From Eledone cirrhosa (lineage: Eukaryota), in NCBI GenBank assembly GCA_964016885.1, contig OZ024742.1, positions 204,290,001 to 204,354,000 on the forward strand: a DNA stretch of 64,000 bases, written 5' to 3'. Position numbers and translations under genes: made by a program. The notes beneath the pieces were generated by a model. It made no database searches. It was given only the letters and a program-made list of their open reading frames with translations, and was not told the DNA's origin. Shown one piece after another: positions 1 through 12,956 of the stretch. How positions within the stretch are numbered: the first letter of the stretch is position 1; every line of letters starts with the position of its first letter.

Positions 1-19
1 GACTTTCATTCCTTAGGGT

Positions 20-1080
20 AGGGTTGGTGGGTTGTCTGTGGTTATTATAGAGTGCCAGCCTAGGGGGGGGTCTGTGGTTATTATAGAGTGCCAGCCTAGG
101 GGGGGGGGTTGTCGGTGGTTATTATAGAGTGCCAGCCTAGGGGGGGGGTTGTCGGTGGTTATTATAGAGTGCCAGCCTAGGGGGGGTCTGTGGTTATTAT
201 AGAGTGCCAGCCTAGGGGGGGGTGTCGGTGGTTATTATAGAGTGCCAGCCTAGGGAGGGGGTTGTCGGTGGTTATTATAGAGTGCCAGCCTAGGGGGGGG
301 GGTTGTCTGTGGTTATTATAGAGTGCCAGCCTAGGGGGGGGGTTGTCGGTGGTTATTATAGAGTGCCAGCCTAGGGGGGAGTCTGTGGTTATTATAGAGT
401 GCCAGCCTGGGGGGGGGTCTGTGGTTATTATAGAGTGCCAGCCTAGGGGGTGATTGTCGGTGGTTATTATAGAGTGCCAGCCTAGGGGGGGGTTGTCTAT
501 GGTTATTATAGAGTGCCAGCCTGGGGGGAGGGATTGTCGGTGGTTATTATAGAATGCCTGCCTAGGGGGTGTTGTCGGTGGTTATTATAGACTACCTGCC
601 TAGGGGGTGTTGTCGGTGGTTATTATAGAGTGCCTGCCTAGGGGGTGTTGTCGGTGGTTATTATAGAGTGCCAGCCTGGGGGGGGGTTGTCGGTGGTTAT
701 TATAGAGTGCCTGCCTAGGGGGTGTTGTCGGTGGTTATTATAGAGTGCCAGCCTAGGGGGGGTTGTTGGTGGTTATTATAGAGTGCCACCTAGGGGGGTT
801 TTGGATAGTTATTATAGCGTGCCTGTCTGAGGGGGGGGGTCGGCGGTTATTATAGAATGCCAGCCTAAGAGGTGGTAGGTTATCGATATATATAGTACCT
901 GTCTAGGGATGGTGGGTTGTCAGTGGTTGATATATATATATATAGTACCTGTCTAGGGGGTTGTCAGTGGTTGATATATATAGTACTCGATAGGGGGAGG
1001 TGGGTTGTCTACCTGTCGGGGGTTGATATATATTGAGTACCTGTCGGGGGTTGATATATATTGAGTACCTGTCCAGGGAT
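20..1080. repeat. G-rich minisatellite, ~36-42 bp unit (GTGGTTATTATAGAGTGCCAGCCTAG + variable G-run + TTGTC), degenerating after ~800
   Basis: About 20 tandem units seen directly; unit length varies mainly with the G-run. Confidence 0.95.
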
Positions 1081-1536
1081 ATCTGTTGGGCTCCCAAGTT
1101 CAAATTCTGCACTCTGTCCAATCCACACATGACCAGCGTGGACAGGTAGGCCTAATATCATAACTGTAGAGTTACTGAGACCTTATACTTCATTGAATAT
1201 ATATATATGTGTGAGGGAAGGGGGTTGATCGATAAATCGACAAGCAGGTAGTGGTTACGTCACTACCTGTTTCTAGCTTCGAAATCCCTGATCAATCTCA
1301 CCGCCTTCCTCAGAAGCAATGAACTATGATTTTAATATTATATACTAGACCACCCGTGACCCGTTGTGTCACGTTCACTTAAAAATATTTTTTTTAATCG
1401 TGTTCACTTAAAAATAATTCTTAAATAATTAAAATATAGACAGACATGTATATAATATAAAATGAAATTGAGGCCCATATATATATGTATATGTGTGTGT
1501 GTTTGTGTATTTATATATAAAAATAACAAAAATAAT

Positions 1537-1718
1537 AATTGTTTCTACTTTAGGCACAAGGCCAGCAATTTCCCAGTGCATTACTGGTACTTTATTTTAT
1601 CGACCCCGTAAGGATGAAAGTCAAAGTCAACCTCGGCGGGATTTGAACTCAGATCGTAAAGGGACGTAACTATGCTGCAAAGGATGGCGTCCGATCCTCT
1701 ACCGATACTGCCAATCCA
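1537..1718 (-). mobile_element. tRNA-headed SINE (family 1), full-length copy
   Basis: Reverse complement has A-box TGGCAGTATCGG, B-box GAGTTCAAATC and the central TTTCATCCTTACGGGGTCGATAAAATAAAGTACC domain (resembles the Deu/Nin SINE domain); about 10 copies in the window. Confidence 0.85.
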
Positions 1719-2088
1719 CATAATAATGCTGATGTTACATAGATCGTGTAGTCATTATAATTATTTCCACGGTTCTCATGCAGTCGAGAAGTCCTTCATG
1801 CATTTGTTGTTGTTATGAGAACGGTATCCTCAGATGAAATCCGATTTAGTGATATGCTACCGGCAGGAAAAGATACACGTCCTTCTGCCTGTGTGCCCAG
1901 AAGACATATGAGTTCCTGAAAGGGTCTCCCAGCCGTGGTGCTTGCTGGAGCAAGATGTTATCAACGTGTCAATTAGTGAAAACAGGATTCACGCATCCCC
2001 AACGGCGTTGAGGTCGTAAATCAGTAGAGAGGGAATGGTGTGTTGATCTGCTTTCGTTTTCCTGTGATGTTTATCTGTTTAGTTTTCG

Positions 2089-2121
<33 letters not shown>

Positions 2122-2799
2122 TTATTTATTAAAATAACAGATTAAAGTTTGATATTTGCTCTAGGGTTCTTATATAGTTGATATATATTTATCCTTATCG
2201 AGCCCTCTTTGGATTTTAGTCTTCACATTTATTATTATTACTATATATATATATATCAGCAACACATCTACAGCAACCAGTTGCCCTTCCACAGTACCAC
2301 TCAATCATGCTCTTATTTCCTCTTCTTTTATTTGCGTTTCTTCTTGGTGAGAACACAATGGTCACCCTAGTGTTTCTACCACAATCAGACACGCATGAGT
2401 TAATTTGTCGTGAGTATGGGGTCGTTTGAAAATACAAAGATATGTGATCTCACAGGTCTATATATCATAGGTTCATTAAAACCGATATACGCTATATTTT
2501 AGTTAGCGAAGAGCCAAAATTATGTAGAAACAGGATAGTATGTATCACATTACATTTGATGTCAGTAGACGATCAGTAGCCTCTAAAAATTACGGGTGAA
2601 GGAAAATTAAAGTGAGAAACCTAAAATAAAGTAACTTAAGAGAAAGCTGCAAATATAGAAATAGTAGATAAGATTATGTAATGTTGATCATTTTTTTCAC
2701 CGACAAAGCTGCTGTAGAAACCTAGTCAGAGCAAACATATAGAGATGTGCAAAAGTTATTGATAGTTTAAGTGAAATGAAATATTTTCCACCGTTAATC

Positions 2800-3180
2800 G
2801 AAACCAACTCATTGCAATCACCCTCTTCCCATTCGAAGGAGGGATATCCCTCATCTGGGACGCCACCTGCTGCGACATGTTCTCCACCTCCAACTTAGTC
2901 ACTTCGGCCACAAACCCCACCATCGCAGCCCGCCTCGCACAAGAAAGTAAAATAAACAAATACCGAGGTTTGTCCAGCCGCTTCCTCTTCGCACCGGTCG
3001 CCGTCGAGACCTCAGGCATTCTTGGACCCCGTACTGCCGAGCTCCTCTGTAAGAGAAGAGTGTTGACAGCCCGTCTGAGAAGGGAACCCTGCGAGGTTGA
3101 GTGGCTGTTTCAGCAGGTGTCACTGGCCATCGTTCGGAGGAATGCTTTTGCCGTCTTGCCCGCGGGGTGCGGCACTTCTG
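2800..3180 (+). pseudogene. 3' fragment of a non-LTR retrotransposon with restriction-like endonuclease (CRE-like)
   Basis: Translation PFEGGISLIWDATCCD...AQESKINKY...FAPVAVETSGILGP matches the W-D-x-T ... K-x-x-K-Y ... P-x-A-x-E-T-x-G pattern of RLE domains. Confidence 0.7.
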
Positions 3181-4276
3181 ACCCAAAGCCCAATCACCCT
3201 CCCTCTCTTCTGCAACACTAGAGCTCTTGCCATCCCCTCCCTTTCCCGTTCTTTTTCTTCTTTCTTTCTCTCTTTTTTTTCTATATTTCCCTGTTCTTTC
3301 TTTCCCTTTGTCCCCCCCCCCTTTTTTTTCTTACTAAATACGGTTTAGTTTTTTGCTTTTGAATAAATTTCTTCATGTAATCATACTCATTAACTAACCA
3401 CAAAACAGAGAATTACAGGGTCTAAACTGGGATTGTGTGATATCCATATTTCCTTCAATAGCATTATCGGTGTAAGTACAATTAAATGGATTCTATTGGG
3501 AATCGAAACCAGTTCGTCATCTTAATGAGCTGATAATTCATCATATGCTCTTCAGTGTACACATACACTCTCTATCTATCTCCAACCCACGGCAATGACA
3601 CAATGATAGAGATTTTAAGATCTTAAATTCTTACAGCTCCTCGAAAACAGTTTCTCTCTGACGCCGAGTTTTATATTTTAAGAGAAAAATATTTTAAATT
3701 TCTCTGATGTAAACAGTTTTCAATTCACAAGTAAATAAAATGAAAAATCAAAAGCTAGAAAAATAAAACTAAAAATATGAGGGAAGGAAGAAAAGAAAGT
3801 CAGTTTTGAAAATGTTACCATCACATGAAAGAAGCGGGATTTCGTAGATGAAATAGTAAAAAAAAATAAAATGGTTATTAGAATTTAATTCCACCTTTTT
3901 ATATAATTTACTTTGACGTTTTTAGAAATTCTCTGGCATTTTTTCTCGTGTTCTTGCGTTATATAGAACATCTCATATCTTATATTTAATATTTACCAAT
4001 AAATAACATTAGAAAAAAATAATAGAATTTTTAAAGCCGAGAAAATTTTAGTCAATCAGATTTTCTTATAGAATAGATCTCTAGTGAGCTTCAGGTTATG
4101 TTCGTTGTCGTTATTGTTGTCGTTGTTGTTGTCGTTGTTGGTGATGGTGGTAGTGGTGGTGTTATTGTTATAACTGTTGATGATCATCATGATGGTGTTG
4201 TTCTTGTTTTGCTTTTTTGAATGTGTGTGTGGTGGAAGACTGAAAACGATTATATCTATTCATCTAAACTCACACA

Positions 4277-4277
4277 T

Positions 4278-4309
<32 letters not shown>

Positions 4310-4512
4310 TATATATATATACATATAGATATATATACAAATAGGTATATAGATATATATACACATATAGATATATATACACATATAGATATATATACAT
4401 ATACATATATATATACACACACATATATATACATATAGATATACATATGCATATATATATGTATATATACGCATATATATATACATACATATATATATAC
4501 ATATACATATAC

Positions 4513-4544
<32 letters not shown>

Positions 4545-4590
4545 ACATACATATATATATACATATACATATACATACATATATATATAC

Positions 4591-4662
<72 letters not shown>

Positions 4663-4698
4663 ACATATATATACATATATATATACATATACATATAC

Positions 4699-4730
<32 letters not shown>

Positions 4731-4782
4731 ACATACATATATATATACATATACATATACATATACATACATATATATATAC

Positions 4783-4812
<30 letters not shown>
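4277..4812. repeat. (TA)n/(TACA) compound microsatellite (one of dozens in the window)
   Basis: Seen directly; source of the spurious poly-YI ORFs. Confidence 0.95.
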
Positions 4813-4813
<1 letters not shown>

Positions 4814-5037
4814 AACAATTAAGTTAAAAATGTACATCCACATATGTATACTGAAATACTAGTATGCATATGAATACACACACGTATACATATGTAGATG
4901 TACCAAGTTTTTCACTGGTCACTTTACTGTGAGTGTCCAGCTATTCTGTATGTAAACACACAGACAAACCGGTTTTTAGAGTCATACTGGTTTTTGAGGA
5001 AACACCTTTCCTCTATTCTCCAGAAAGCCAGACAAGG

Positions 5038-5082
5038 AATATTGAACTAGTTTCGTTGTTGTTACAACTCATCAGCAATATT
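5038..5082 (-). ncRNA. Minimal type I hammerhead ribozyme, family A (copies also at 5504-5548 and 5970-6014)
   Basis: Reverse complement reads AATATTG-CTGATGA-GTTGT aaca ACAAC-GAAA-CTAG-TT-CAATATT: 7-bp stem I, 5-bp stem II, palindromic stem III. Confidence 0.85.
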
Positions 5083-6474
5083 TACCTATCTCCCGGCCTT
5101 TCTGGAGAATTGTAAAAGCACATATCGTTATATGCTTTTTCTATGAAAATTAGTAGTGGGCAGACCAATTTGCATAGAGTGTGAGTACGTACCGGTTCAA
5201 CGGAGACGATAAAAACAAATAACGAAACGAGATTAAATTTCGTTTCGTTTGTAACTCACTTTTGTATGACTGACGCTTAAACAATTAAGTTAAAAATGTA
5301 CATCCACATATGTATACTGAAATACTAGTATGCATATGAATACACACACGTATACATATGTAGATGTACCAAGTTTTTCACTGGTCACTTTACTGTGAGT
5401 GTCCAGCTATTCTGTATGTAAACACACAGACAAACCGGTTTTTAGAGTCATACTGGTTTTTGAGGAAACACCTTTCCTCTATTCTCCAGAAAGCCAGACA
5501 AGGAATATTGAACTAGTTTCGTTGTTGTTACAACTCATCAGCAATATTTACCTATCTCCCGGCCTTTCTGGAGAATTGTAAAAGCACATATCGTTATATG
5601 CTTTTTCTATGAAAATTAGTAGTGGGCAGACCAATTTGCATAGAGTGTGAGTACGTACCGGTTCAACGGAGACGATAAAAACAAATAACGAAACGAGATT
5701 AAATTTCGTTTCGTTTGTAACTCACTTTTGTATGACTGACGCTTAAACAATTAAGTTAAAAATGTACATCCACATATGTATACTGAAATACTAGTATGCA
5801 TATGAATACACACACGTATACATATGTAGATGTACCAAGTTTTTCACTGGTCACTTTACTGTGAGTGTCCAGCTATTCTGTATATAAACACACAGACAAA
5901 CCGGTTTTTAGAGTCATACTGGTTTTTGAGGAAACACCTTTCCTCTATTCTCCAGAAAGCCAGACAAGGAATATTGAACTAGTTTCGTTGTTGTTACAAC
6001 TCATCAGCAATATTTACCCATCTCCCGGCCTTTCTGGAGAATTGTAAAAGCACATATCGTTATATGCTTTTTCTATGAAAATTAGTAGTGGGCAGACCAA
6101 TTTGCATAGAGTGTGAGTACGTACCGGTTCAACGGAGATGATAAAAACAAATAACGAAACGAGATTAAATTTCGTTTCGTTTGTAACTCACTTTTGTATG
6201 ACTGACGCTTAAACAATTAAGTTAAAAATGTACATTCACATATGTATACTGAATTACTAGTATGCATATGAATACACACACGTATACATATGTAGATGTA
6301 CCAAGTTTTTCACTGGTCACTTTACTGTGAGTGTCCAGCTATTCTGTATGTAAACACACATACAAACCGGTTTTTAGAGTCATACTGGTTGGTCTGCCCA
6401 CTACTAATTTTCATAGAAAAAGCATATAACGATATGTGCTTTTACAATTCTCCAGAAAGGCCGGGAGATAGGTA

Positions 6475-6519
6475 AATATTGCTGATGAGTTGTAACAACA
6501 ACGAAACTAGTTCAATATT
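6475..6519 (+). ncRNA. Minimal type I hammerhead ribozyme, family A (second + copy at 6941-6985)
   Basis: AATATTG CTGATGA GTTGT AACA ACAAC GAAA CTAG TT CAATATT. Confidence 0.85.
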
Positions 6520-7268
6520 CCTTGTCTGGCTTTCTGGAGAATAGAGGAAAGGTGTTTCCTCAAAAACCAGTATGACTCTAAAAACCGGTTTGTCTGTGTG
6601 TTTACATACAGAATAGCTGGACACTCACAGTAAAGTGACCAGTGAAAAACTTGGTACATCTACATATGTATACGTGTGTGTATTCATATGCATACTAGTA
6701 TTTCAGTATACATATGTGGATGTACATTTTTAACTTAATTGTTTAAGCGTCAGTCATACAAAAGTGAGTTACAAACGAAACGAAATTTAATCTCGTTTCG
6801 TTATTTGTTTTTATCGTCTCCGTTGAACCGGTACGTACTCACACTCTATGCAAATTGGTCTGCCCACTACTAATTTTCATAGAAAAAGCATATAACGATA
6901 TGTGCTTTTACAATTCTCCAGAAAGGCCGGGAGATAGGTAAATATTGCTGATGAGTTGTAACAACAACGAAACTAGTTCAATATTCCTTGTCTGGCTTTC
7001 TGGAGAATAGAGGAAAGGTGTTTCCTCAAAAACCAGTATGACTCTAAAAACCGGTTTGTCTGTGTGTTTACATACAGAATAGCTGGACACTCACAGTAAA
7101 GTGACCAGTGAAAAACTTGGTACATCTACATATGTATACGTGTGTGTATTCATATGCATACTAGTATTTCAGTATACATATGTGGATGTACATTTTTAAC
7201 TGAATTGTTTAAGCGTCAGTCATACAAAAGTGAGTTACAAACGAAATTTAATCTCGTTTCGTTATTTG

Positions 7269-7345
<77 letters not shown>

Positions 7346-8366
7346 GTGAGTGTGTGTATTTGTATTAATATACATGTGTGGTGCATGTGTACGTGTGTGT
7401 ATATACATCTACATGTATACATAAGTATATATATGTATGTATATGTATGTATATGTATGTATGTGTGTGTATGTATACAAATGTAAGCCAGGATACGTTA
7501 TTAACTGATAACTTCTGTCACGTCGCTTAAAAATCTTTCCAGGAGATTCTTAAAGAAATCTTCTGTATAAAGATTTATTTCTTTTAATGCACCTTCAAAT
7601 TCTTTCGGGATTATATCTACACTTATATACACTCATATATATAAATACTCATATATATATATATATATATACACATTCATATAACACAGTTATATATACA
7701 CTGATTCATATAACACGATTATGTATACACTTATATATATAAATACTCATATATATATACACTGATATACACATTCATATAACACAATTATGTATACACT
7801 TATATACGCATTCATATATATACATTTATATAAACACTTATATAAACACTTATATATACACTTACATACATACGCTTATATATGATATATATGAGTGTGT
7901 ATGTTTGGAACTCATATATATAATATATACATTCATATGCACACTTATATTGATCTTCATAACATACTGAACCATGCTTAGTTATCTACACTAACAGAAA
8001 AACCACCCTTAGGGTGGTTTTCTGCTAGCATGTGTAGTGTGTATATTGATATTATACGCAGGTCTCTACGTGTAGATATGATACATCAAATAAAATCGTA
8101 ATTGACAATATATAATACATAGAAATTGAACGAAGACTTATGTAATCAGTAACGTAATCCATGATACATTAAAAAAGACGATATTATATATAAACTGCAT
8201 TAGGAGAAAATTAATGACGGAAAATTAGTATGTTTATTTAAGTGATCGCCACCGGAGGTGTTGACATTTCAGAAATTTTAAAGAAGTGAATCTTTAAATA
8301 AACAAAATATATTTAATGAACAGCCACGAAATTTAGTAGATAAATTATGTAATATTCATTCATATC

Positions 8367-8470
8367 TCGCCGAGGTTGACTTTGCCCTTCATCCCTACGG
8401 GGTCGATAAAATAAAGTACCAGTAATGCACTAGGCATTTGCTGGCCTTCTGCCTAAAGTAGAAACAATTA
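8367..8470 (+). mobile_element. SINE family 1, 5'-truncated
   Basis: CGCCGAGGTTGACTTTGCCCTTCATCC...AAAGTAGAAACAATT matches the other copies. Confidence 0.8.
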
Positions 8471-9849
8471 TTTATTCAACGTAACCAACTTAATTTACAA
8501 ACGGGATAAACAAATTATATTCTGGACGCAATCCCGCAGACCTTCCTTTATTATAGTTTAGATATATACACCTTTCCAATCTCTACCCTACGGCCGTGAC
8601 TTGCAATCGAGTATGACTTGGAAGTATATACCATGCTTTCGTTGAGGGGTTTAGATGCTCGTGTAGTTACGAACAGACGTAGAGACTCTCTCGGTTCACC
8701 CCCTTTTTTTTAATCTATCGGATGAGAAAGAAAGAAAGAAAGTTGAATTAGCACCAGGCTGGTGCTTTCACCATTGACTCTAAAGGAATGAAACAACTAA
8801 AGTCGACTTGTGCCGGCTGGGATTCGAATTTTGAGTACAGAGACCTGGAACATATATTGCAACACATTCTGTCTGAACTTCAAACTACTTTACTAATCGA
8901 CAGCCACCTTCCCTAGTTTCTTTGTACACTTGATGATGGAGGGTTTGGACCGTTAATCTGATTGTGAACTGTTTGGGTCGTTAACGTGATGGTGCACCAT
9001 ATTATGATAAAGGTGGTGAATTGGTAGAGTCCTTAGCGCTATAGATAATTATATGTCTGGCGATATTTGTTCCGGTTCTGAGTTCAAACTCTGCCGAGAT
9101 CAACTTTGATTTTGATAAATAGCCGTCCAGAGCGATAGATAAGGAACATTGTCATAACGTCAGACTAAGGTGCTGAGGGTCGGTATGTCTGAGCTGGCCA
9201 GTGGGATGAGCTCCTGCTTACCTACAAAATGGTTCAAATAGGTAGTGTTTATCACCTCTGCCGGCCAAACTCCCTCCCATGCGTCCCCGTAGCGGCACTG
9301 ACGACACCAAATTAGGTTGTGTGTGAAAGCGAGAGCTCGGTTCTATAACCGATGTACCCTTGGATTGCACTATCCTAAAATGGATATACTTGCGGCTGGG
9401 TGCCGCTTGTGAAACCAATCGCCCGAAGAAACTCCATTGAAATTAACTCCCACCGTGAATTCCTTCAATGGAGCCAGCTCAACGCCTACACAAGTAAGTG
9501 CCTTCGGTTATCCGATCAGGTTCTATACGTCGAGTTCAAATTCCACGTCATTTCACCAAAAATATGTTGATATGACATGACTGATGCCCCTATCATTAGG
9601 ACACTCCAGAAACCTCCAGTGAACTACAACCTTATTGGGGTCTAGCTCAACCTAAGCAGGGGTGTATCGTAACAGCGACAACAAAACAGCAACAGCAACA
9701 CCATGGTGCCTATTTACAGTCAGTTGGTTGAAAATGTGAGAATCTTGACCACCAAGACCACGAGGCATCTCTGCAAGCAGTTAATAAGATACAAACATCT
9801 GATCCTTGCGGTTTTAATATCCAGTATTTCTTTACACATTACATCGTCT

Positions 9850-10160
9850 TTAGTGAAGAGGTGTGGTTTGGTGCTTAGGGTATTAGGCGTCATGAGTTCG
9901 ATTCGCGGTGGCATGTTGTGCCCTTAAGCAAGGCCCTTTATCCCATGATGTTCCAGATGACTCAACTGGGAAAAAATGAGTTGCACAAGAGATTCAAAGA
10001 GTCAGCCTTGATTCATACTGTACCATGCTGAATCTCCACATATCCATGGATTGCTCAGTTACTTACACATTAGGTTCACGAGGAGGCTACTCTATTGATC
10101 AAACTACTGAAACACTCGTAGTCGGAACCGTCGGAGGTCCTATACATATCATCTTTATCA
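9850..10160 (+). mobile_element. Diverged tRNA-headed SINE (family 2)
   Basis: B-box-like GAGTTCGATTC followed by TTGTGCCCTTAAGCAAGGC...ACTCAACTG...AAATGAG, similar to 14775-15040 and 28578-28860. Confidence 0.55.
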
Positions 10161-10244
10161 ATTGTCTATCCCCACACGTTTTTGTATTACATTTTATATG
10201 TATATATGAGACCGTGGAGTCAATAAAGAAATCATTATTATTGG

Positions 10245-10465
10245 CAGTGGATTGGCAGTATCGGTAGAGCGTCGGACAACATGCTTTGCGATATAAAGTT
10301 ACGGCTCTTTATGTTCTGAGTTCAAATCTCGTCGAGATTAGCTTTGCCTTTCATCCTTATGAGTTCGATAAAATAAAGCATTAGTAATGCACTGGGGTCG
10401 ATTTAATCGACTTTCCCCTCTCCCCAAATTGCTGGCATTGTACCTATATAAGAAACCATTATTAT
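10245..10465 (+). mobile_element. SINE family 1 (variant with extra GGGTCGATTTAATCGAC segment)
   Basis: A-box, B-box and central domain as in the other copies. Confidence 0.8.
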
Positions 10466-10467
10466 TA

Positions 10468-10814
10468 CTAGCTGACGTACCCAGCTTCGCCCGGGTAAAC
10501 AGATGATAAGAGAAGACAGGTAAAAGAGAAAATGACTGTATTGGATGTTTGTCTGGTTACAGTATGGGGCGAGTTCGTGGTGTCTGTGTGATACAAAAAA
10601 CAGTAAAAAAAATCTTCCAGATATACCAGATTCTCTGTTGTACCGTTTGTGCATAGTATATGAACAATTCTAGGTGCTCCCACCTAGAATAGTGACGTCT
10701 AGGAGATGGTTCATCTTCTGCCTGACTGTAAAACGTGTATCATTGCATAGACGTGGTTGTTCCACGTTTCTCAAAAGGATGATGGAAGTTCCAATCTTTT
10801 ATTTTATATGTAGA
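10468..10814 (-). mobile_element. Non-autonomous Helitron (~350 bp)
   Basis: Minus strand: A|TCTACATATAAAA ... hairpin ACCCGGGCGAAGCTGGGT ... CTAG|T, i.e. canonical TC/CTRR termini at an AT target. Confidence 0.7.
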
Positions 10815-11648
10815 TATAGATATAGATAATTAATACAAAAGATGATGCTCAGCCAGTTCGTCTTCAACCATCGCAGCACGTCGTCGCTGCTTGGCTCCAG
10901 TGTTTCGTTGTGGTTGTTCAGCCAGCTCCACTTCATTCATGGGGACACGTCTTCGCCTCTGAAGTTCGGCGTTCCGATGGCGCTGTTCGGCCCGTTTTTC
11001 TTCATTCCTGGCTGCATGCCGTCACCGCTGTAGTTCACTGTTTGATAAAGTCGAATTGCTTTTATTATCAGTATTCATTTCGAGCAATTGTCAAAAAATC
11101 ACACAATAATAAATATTTACTCCCTTCACAACTCTGTGTATGTTAGACTAACAGACTGGCACACAGACAGATAAACTGCGTGGTGATTGTGGAACGTCTC
11201 ACGTACACACACATACACGCATCGAAACGCGCACACGCACGCAAACTTACACACGCACCCGTGCACTTACACACACGCACACACTCACACATGTTGATAG
11301 TTTTTACTTTCTGTGGAACGTTGCACGCACGCACACACACATAAACATATGCGCACGTACATACACACGCACATATTAATAGTTATTGCTTTCCTTCCCT
11401 CTTATTTCTACACACATCACACACACACACATGTCTCTACACTGACACATATACATAGTGTATCCAACACAGCGTTCACTTTGCCTCTCTCTTTCTTACT
11501 CTCCCCTCCCACTCCCTCATTTGCATTATGCATATTAAGTTCGGCGTCGTTGAGGTGGGCGGAGTCGTTTGAAACCTATGAACCAATGATAATCGAGAAT
11601 TATGACACACAGAATACTGACATTGTTGAAATTAATATATAGATTTAA

Positions 11649-11840
11649 AGGCCGGTGGATTGGCAGTATCGGTAGAAGGTCGGACGCCATGCTTTGCAGC
11701 AAAAGAGTTACGGCCCTTTATGGTCTGAGTTCAAATCACGCCGAGGTTAACTTTGCCTTTCATCCTTACGGGGTCGATGAAATAAAGTACCAATAATACA
11801 CTGGGATACTTGCTGGCCTTGTGCCAAAAGTAGAAACAAT
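11649..11840 (+). mobile_element. SINE family 1, full-length
   Basis: GGTGGATTGGCAGTATCGGTAG...GAGTTCAAATC...AGTAGAAACAATT. Confidence 0.85.
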
Positions 11841-12058
11841 TATTATTAAAAGAGCACTGGATTATTAGTATCGTTACAGCGTCGGACACAATGCTTTGCG
11901 GCATAGTTACGTAAATGGACGTAACTATGCCGCAAAGCATTGTGTCCGACGCTGTAACGATACTAATAATCCAGTGCTCTTTTAATAATAATTGTTTCTA
12001 CTTTTTGGCACAAGGCCAGCAATTAGCCAGTACATTACTGGTACTTTATTTTATCGAC
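11773..12058. repeat. Fold-back inverted repeat (~140-bp arms, 6-nt spacer) built from SINE sequence
   Basis: ...GCATAGTTACGT aaatgg ACGTAACTATGC...; the inner ~95 bp is near-perfect. Confidence 0.9.
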
Positions 12059-12619
12059 AATAATAATGTACCTGTAACATACTGGGGTCGATTTAATCGA
12101 CTTTCCTCGTCCCCCAAAATTGTTGGCCTTGTGCTTAAATCAGAAATCATTATGTGCTGGTTTTCGTTGTTATTGCTGTAACTGTTGGTGTCGTTGTTGT
12201 TGCTGTTGTTGTGTGTGGATGTGTATCATCGAGGTGTGTATATCATCAAAGGACGTGTGTGTGTGTATGTGTGTATGTGTGTGGATCTGTATCATCGAGG
12301 TGTGTGGATCATCAAGGAACGTGTATGTGAGTGTGTGTGTAATGTTTGTGTAGTGTGTGTAGTGTGTATGTGTGTATGTGTGTATGTGTGTATGTGTGTA
12401 GTGTGTGTGTATATGTAGCGTGTGTAGTGTGTAGTGTGTATGTGTGTGTGTGTGTAGTGTGTATGTAGTGTGTGTGTGTGTAGGGTGTGTGTGTAGTGTG
12501 CGTATGTATGTCTGTGTGTGTGTAGTGTATGTGTGTAGTGTGTGTGTGTGTTTATAACACTGTTCTGTTTACCATGAGAAGTTGGGGGATAGAGGGGAGG
12601 AATTAGCAGGAATTTCTAT

Positions 12620-12919
12620 TGGCTGTTGTTGGTGGTGATGTCCGTTGTTGTGGTTGATGATGATGATAATGATATCTAATGTTGTTGTTAATGATGATGA
12701 TGATGATAATGTTGATAATGTTTTTATGGTCGTTGTTGTTGTTGATATGATTGTTGATGTTATTGTTATGGTTGTTGTTGTTGTGGATATGATTGTTATG
12801 GTTGTTGTTGTTGTTGTTGTTATCGCTGTTGTTGTTGTTGTTAATGTTGTTGTTGCTATTATTGTTATGGTTGTTGTTGTTGTTGTGGATATGATTGTTA
12901 TGGTTGTTGTTGTTATCGC

Positions 12920-12956
<37 letters not shown>

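Larger units (their letters stand above)
4813..7273. mobile_element. 466-bp tandem array (~3.4 units) fused to an inverted ~1.9-unit array, with a hammerhead in each unit that spans it; retrozyme/PLE pLTR-like (HHR family A)
   Basis: Units start at 4813, 5279, 5745 and 6211; orientation flips at ~6390; flanked by (TA)n on both sides. Confidence 0.9.

Noticed and set aside
20-900. CRISPR-like regular repeats
   Set aside because: There are no unique spacers (only G-run variation), no cas genes, and the context is eukaryotic
1240-1320. Minus-strand CTGAGGA...GAAA-CAGGTAGTG/CACTACCTG hammerhead-like motif
   Set aside because: The hairpin is followed by CT rather than TH, and there is no stem I complement
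1345-1375. Possible Helitron 3' end (CTAG + CGTGAC/GTCACG hairpin)
   Set aside because: No matching 5' TC terminus could be identified, so it is too weak to call
4933-7090. 60-aa ORF (MSSYSVCKHTDK...) repeated five times
   Set aside because: It starts at GTG, has no recognisable motif, is antisense to the HHR, and recurs only because the DNA unit is repeated
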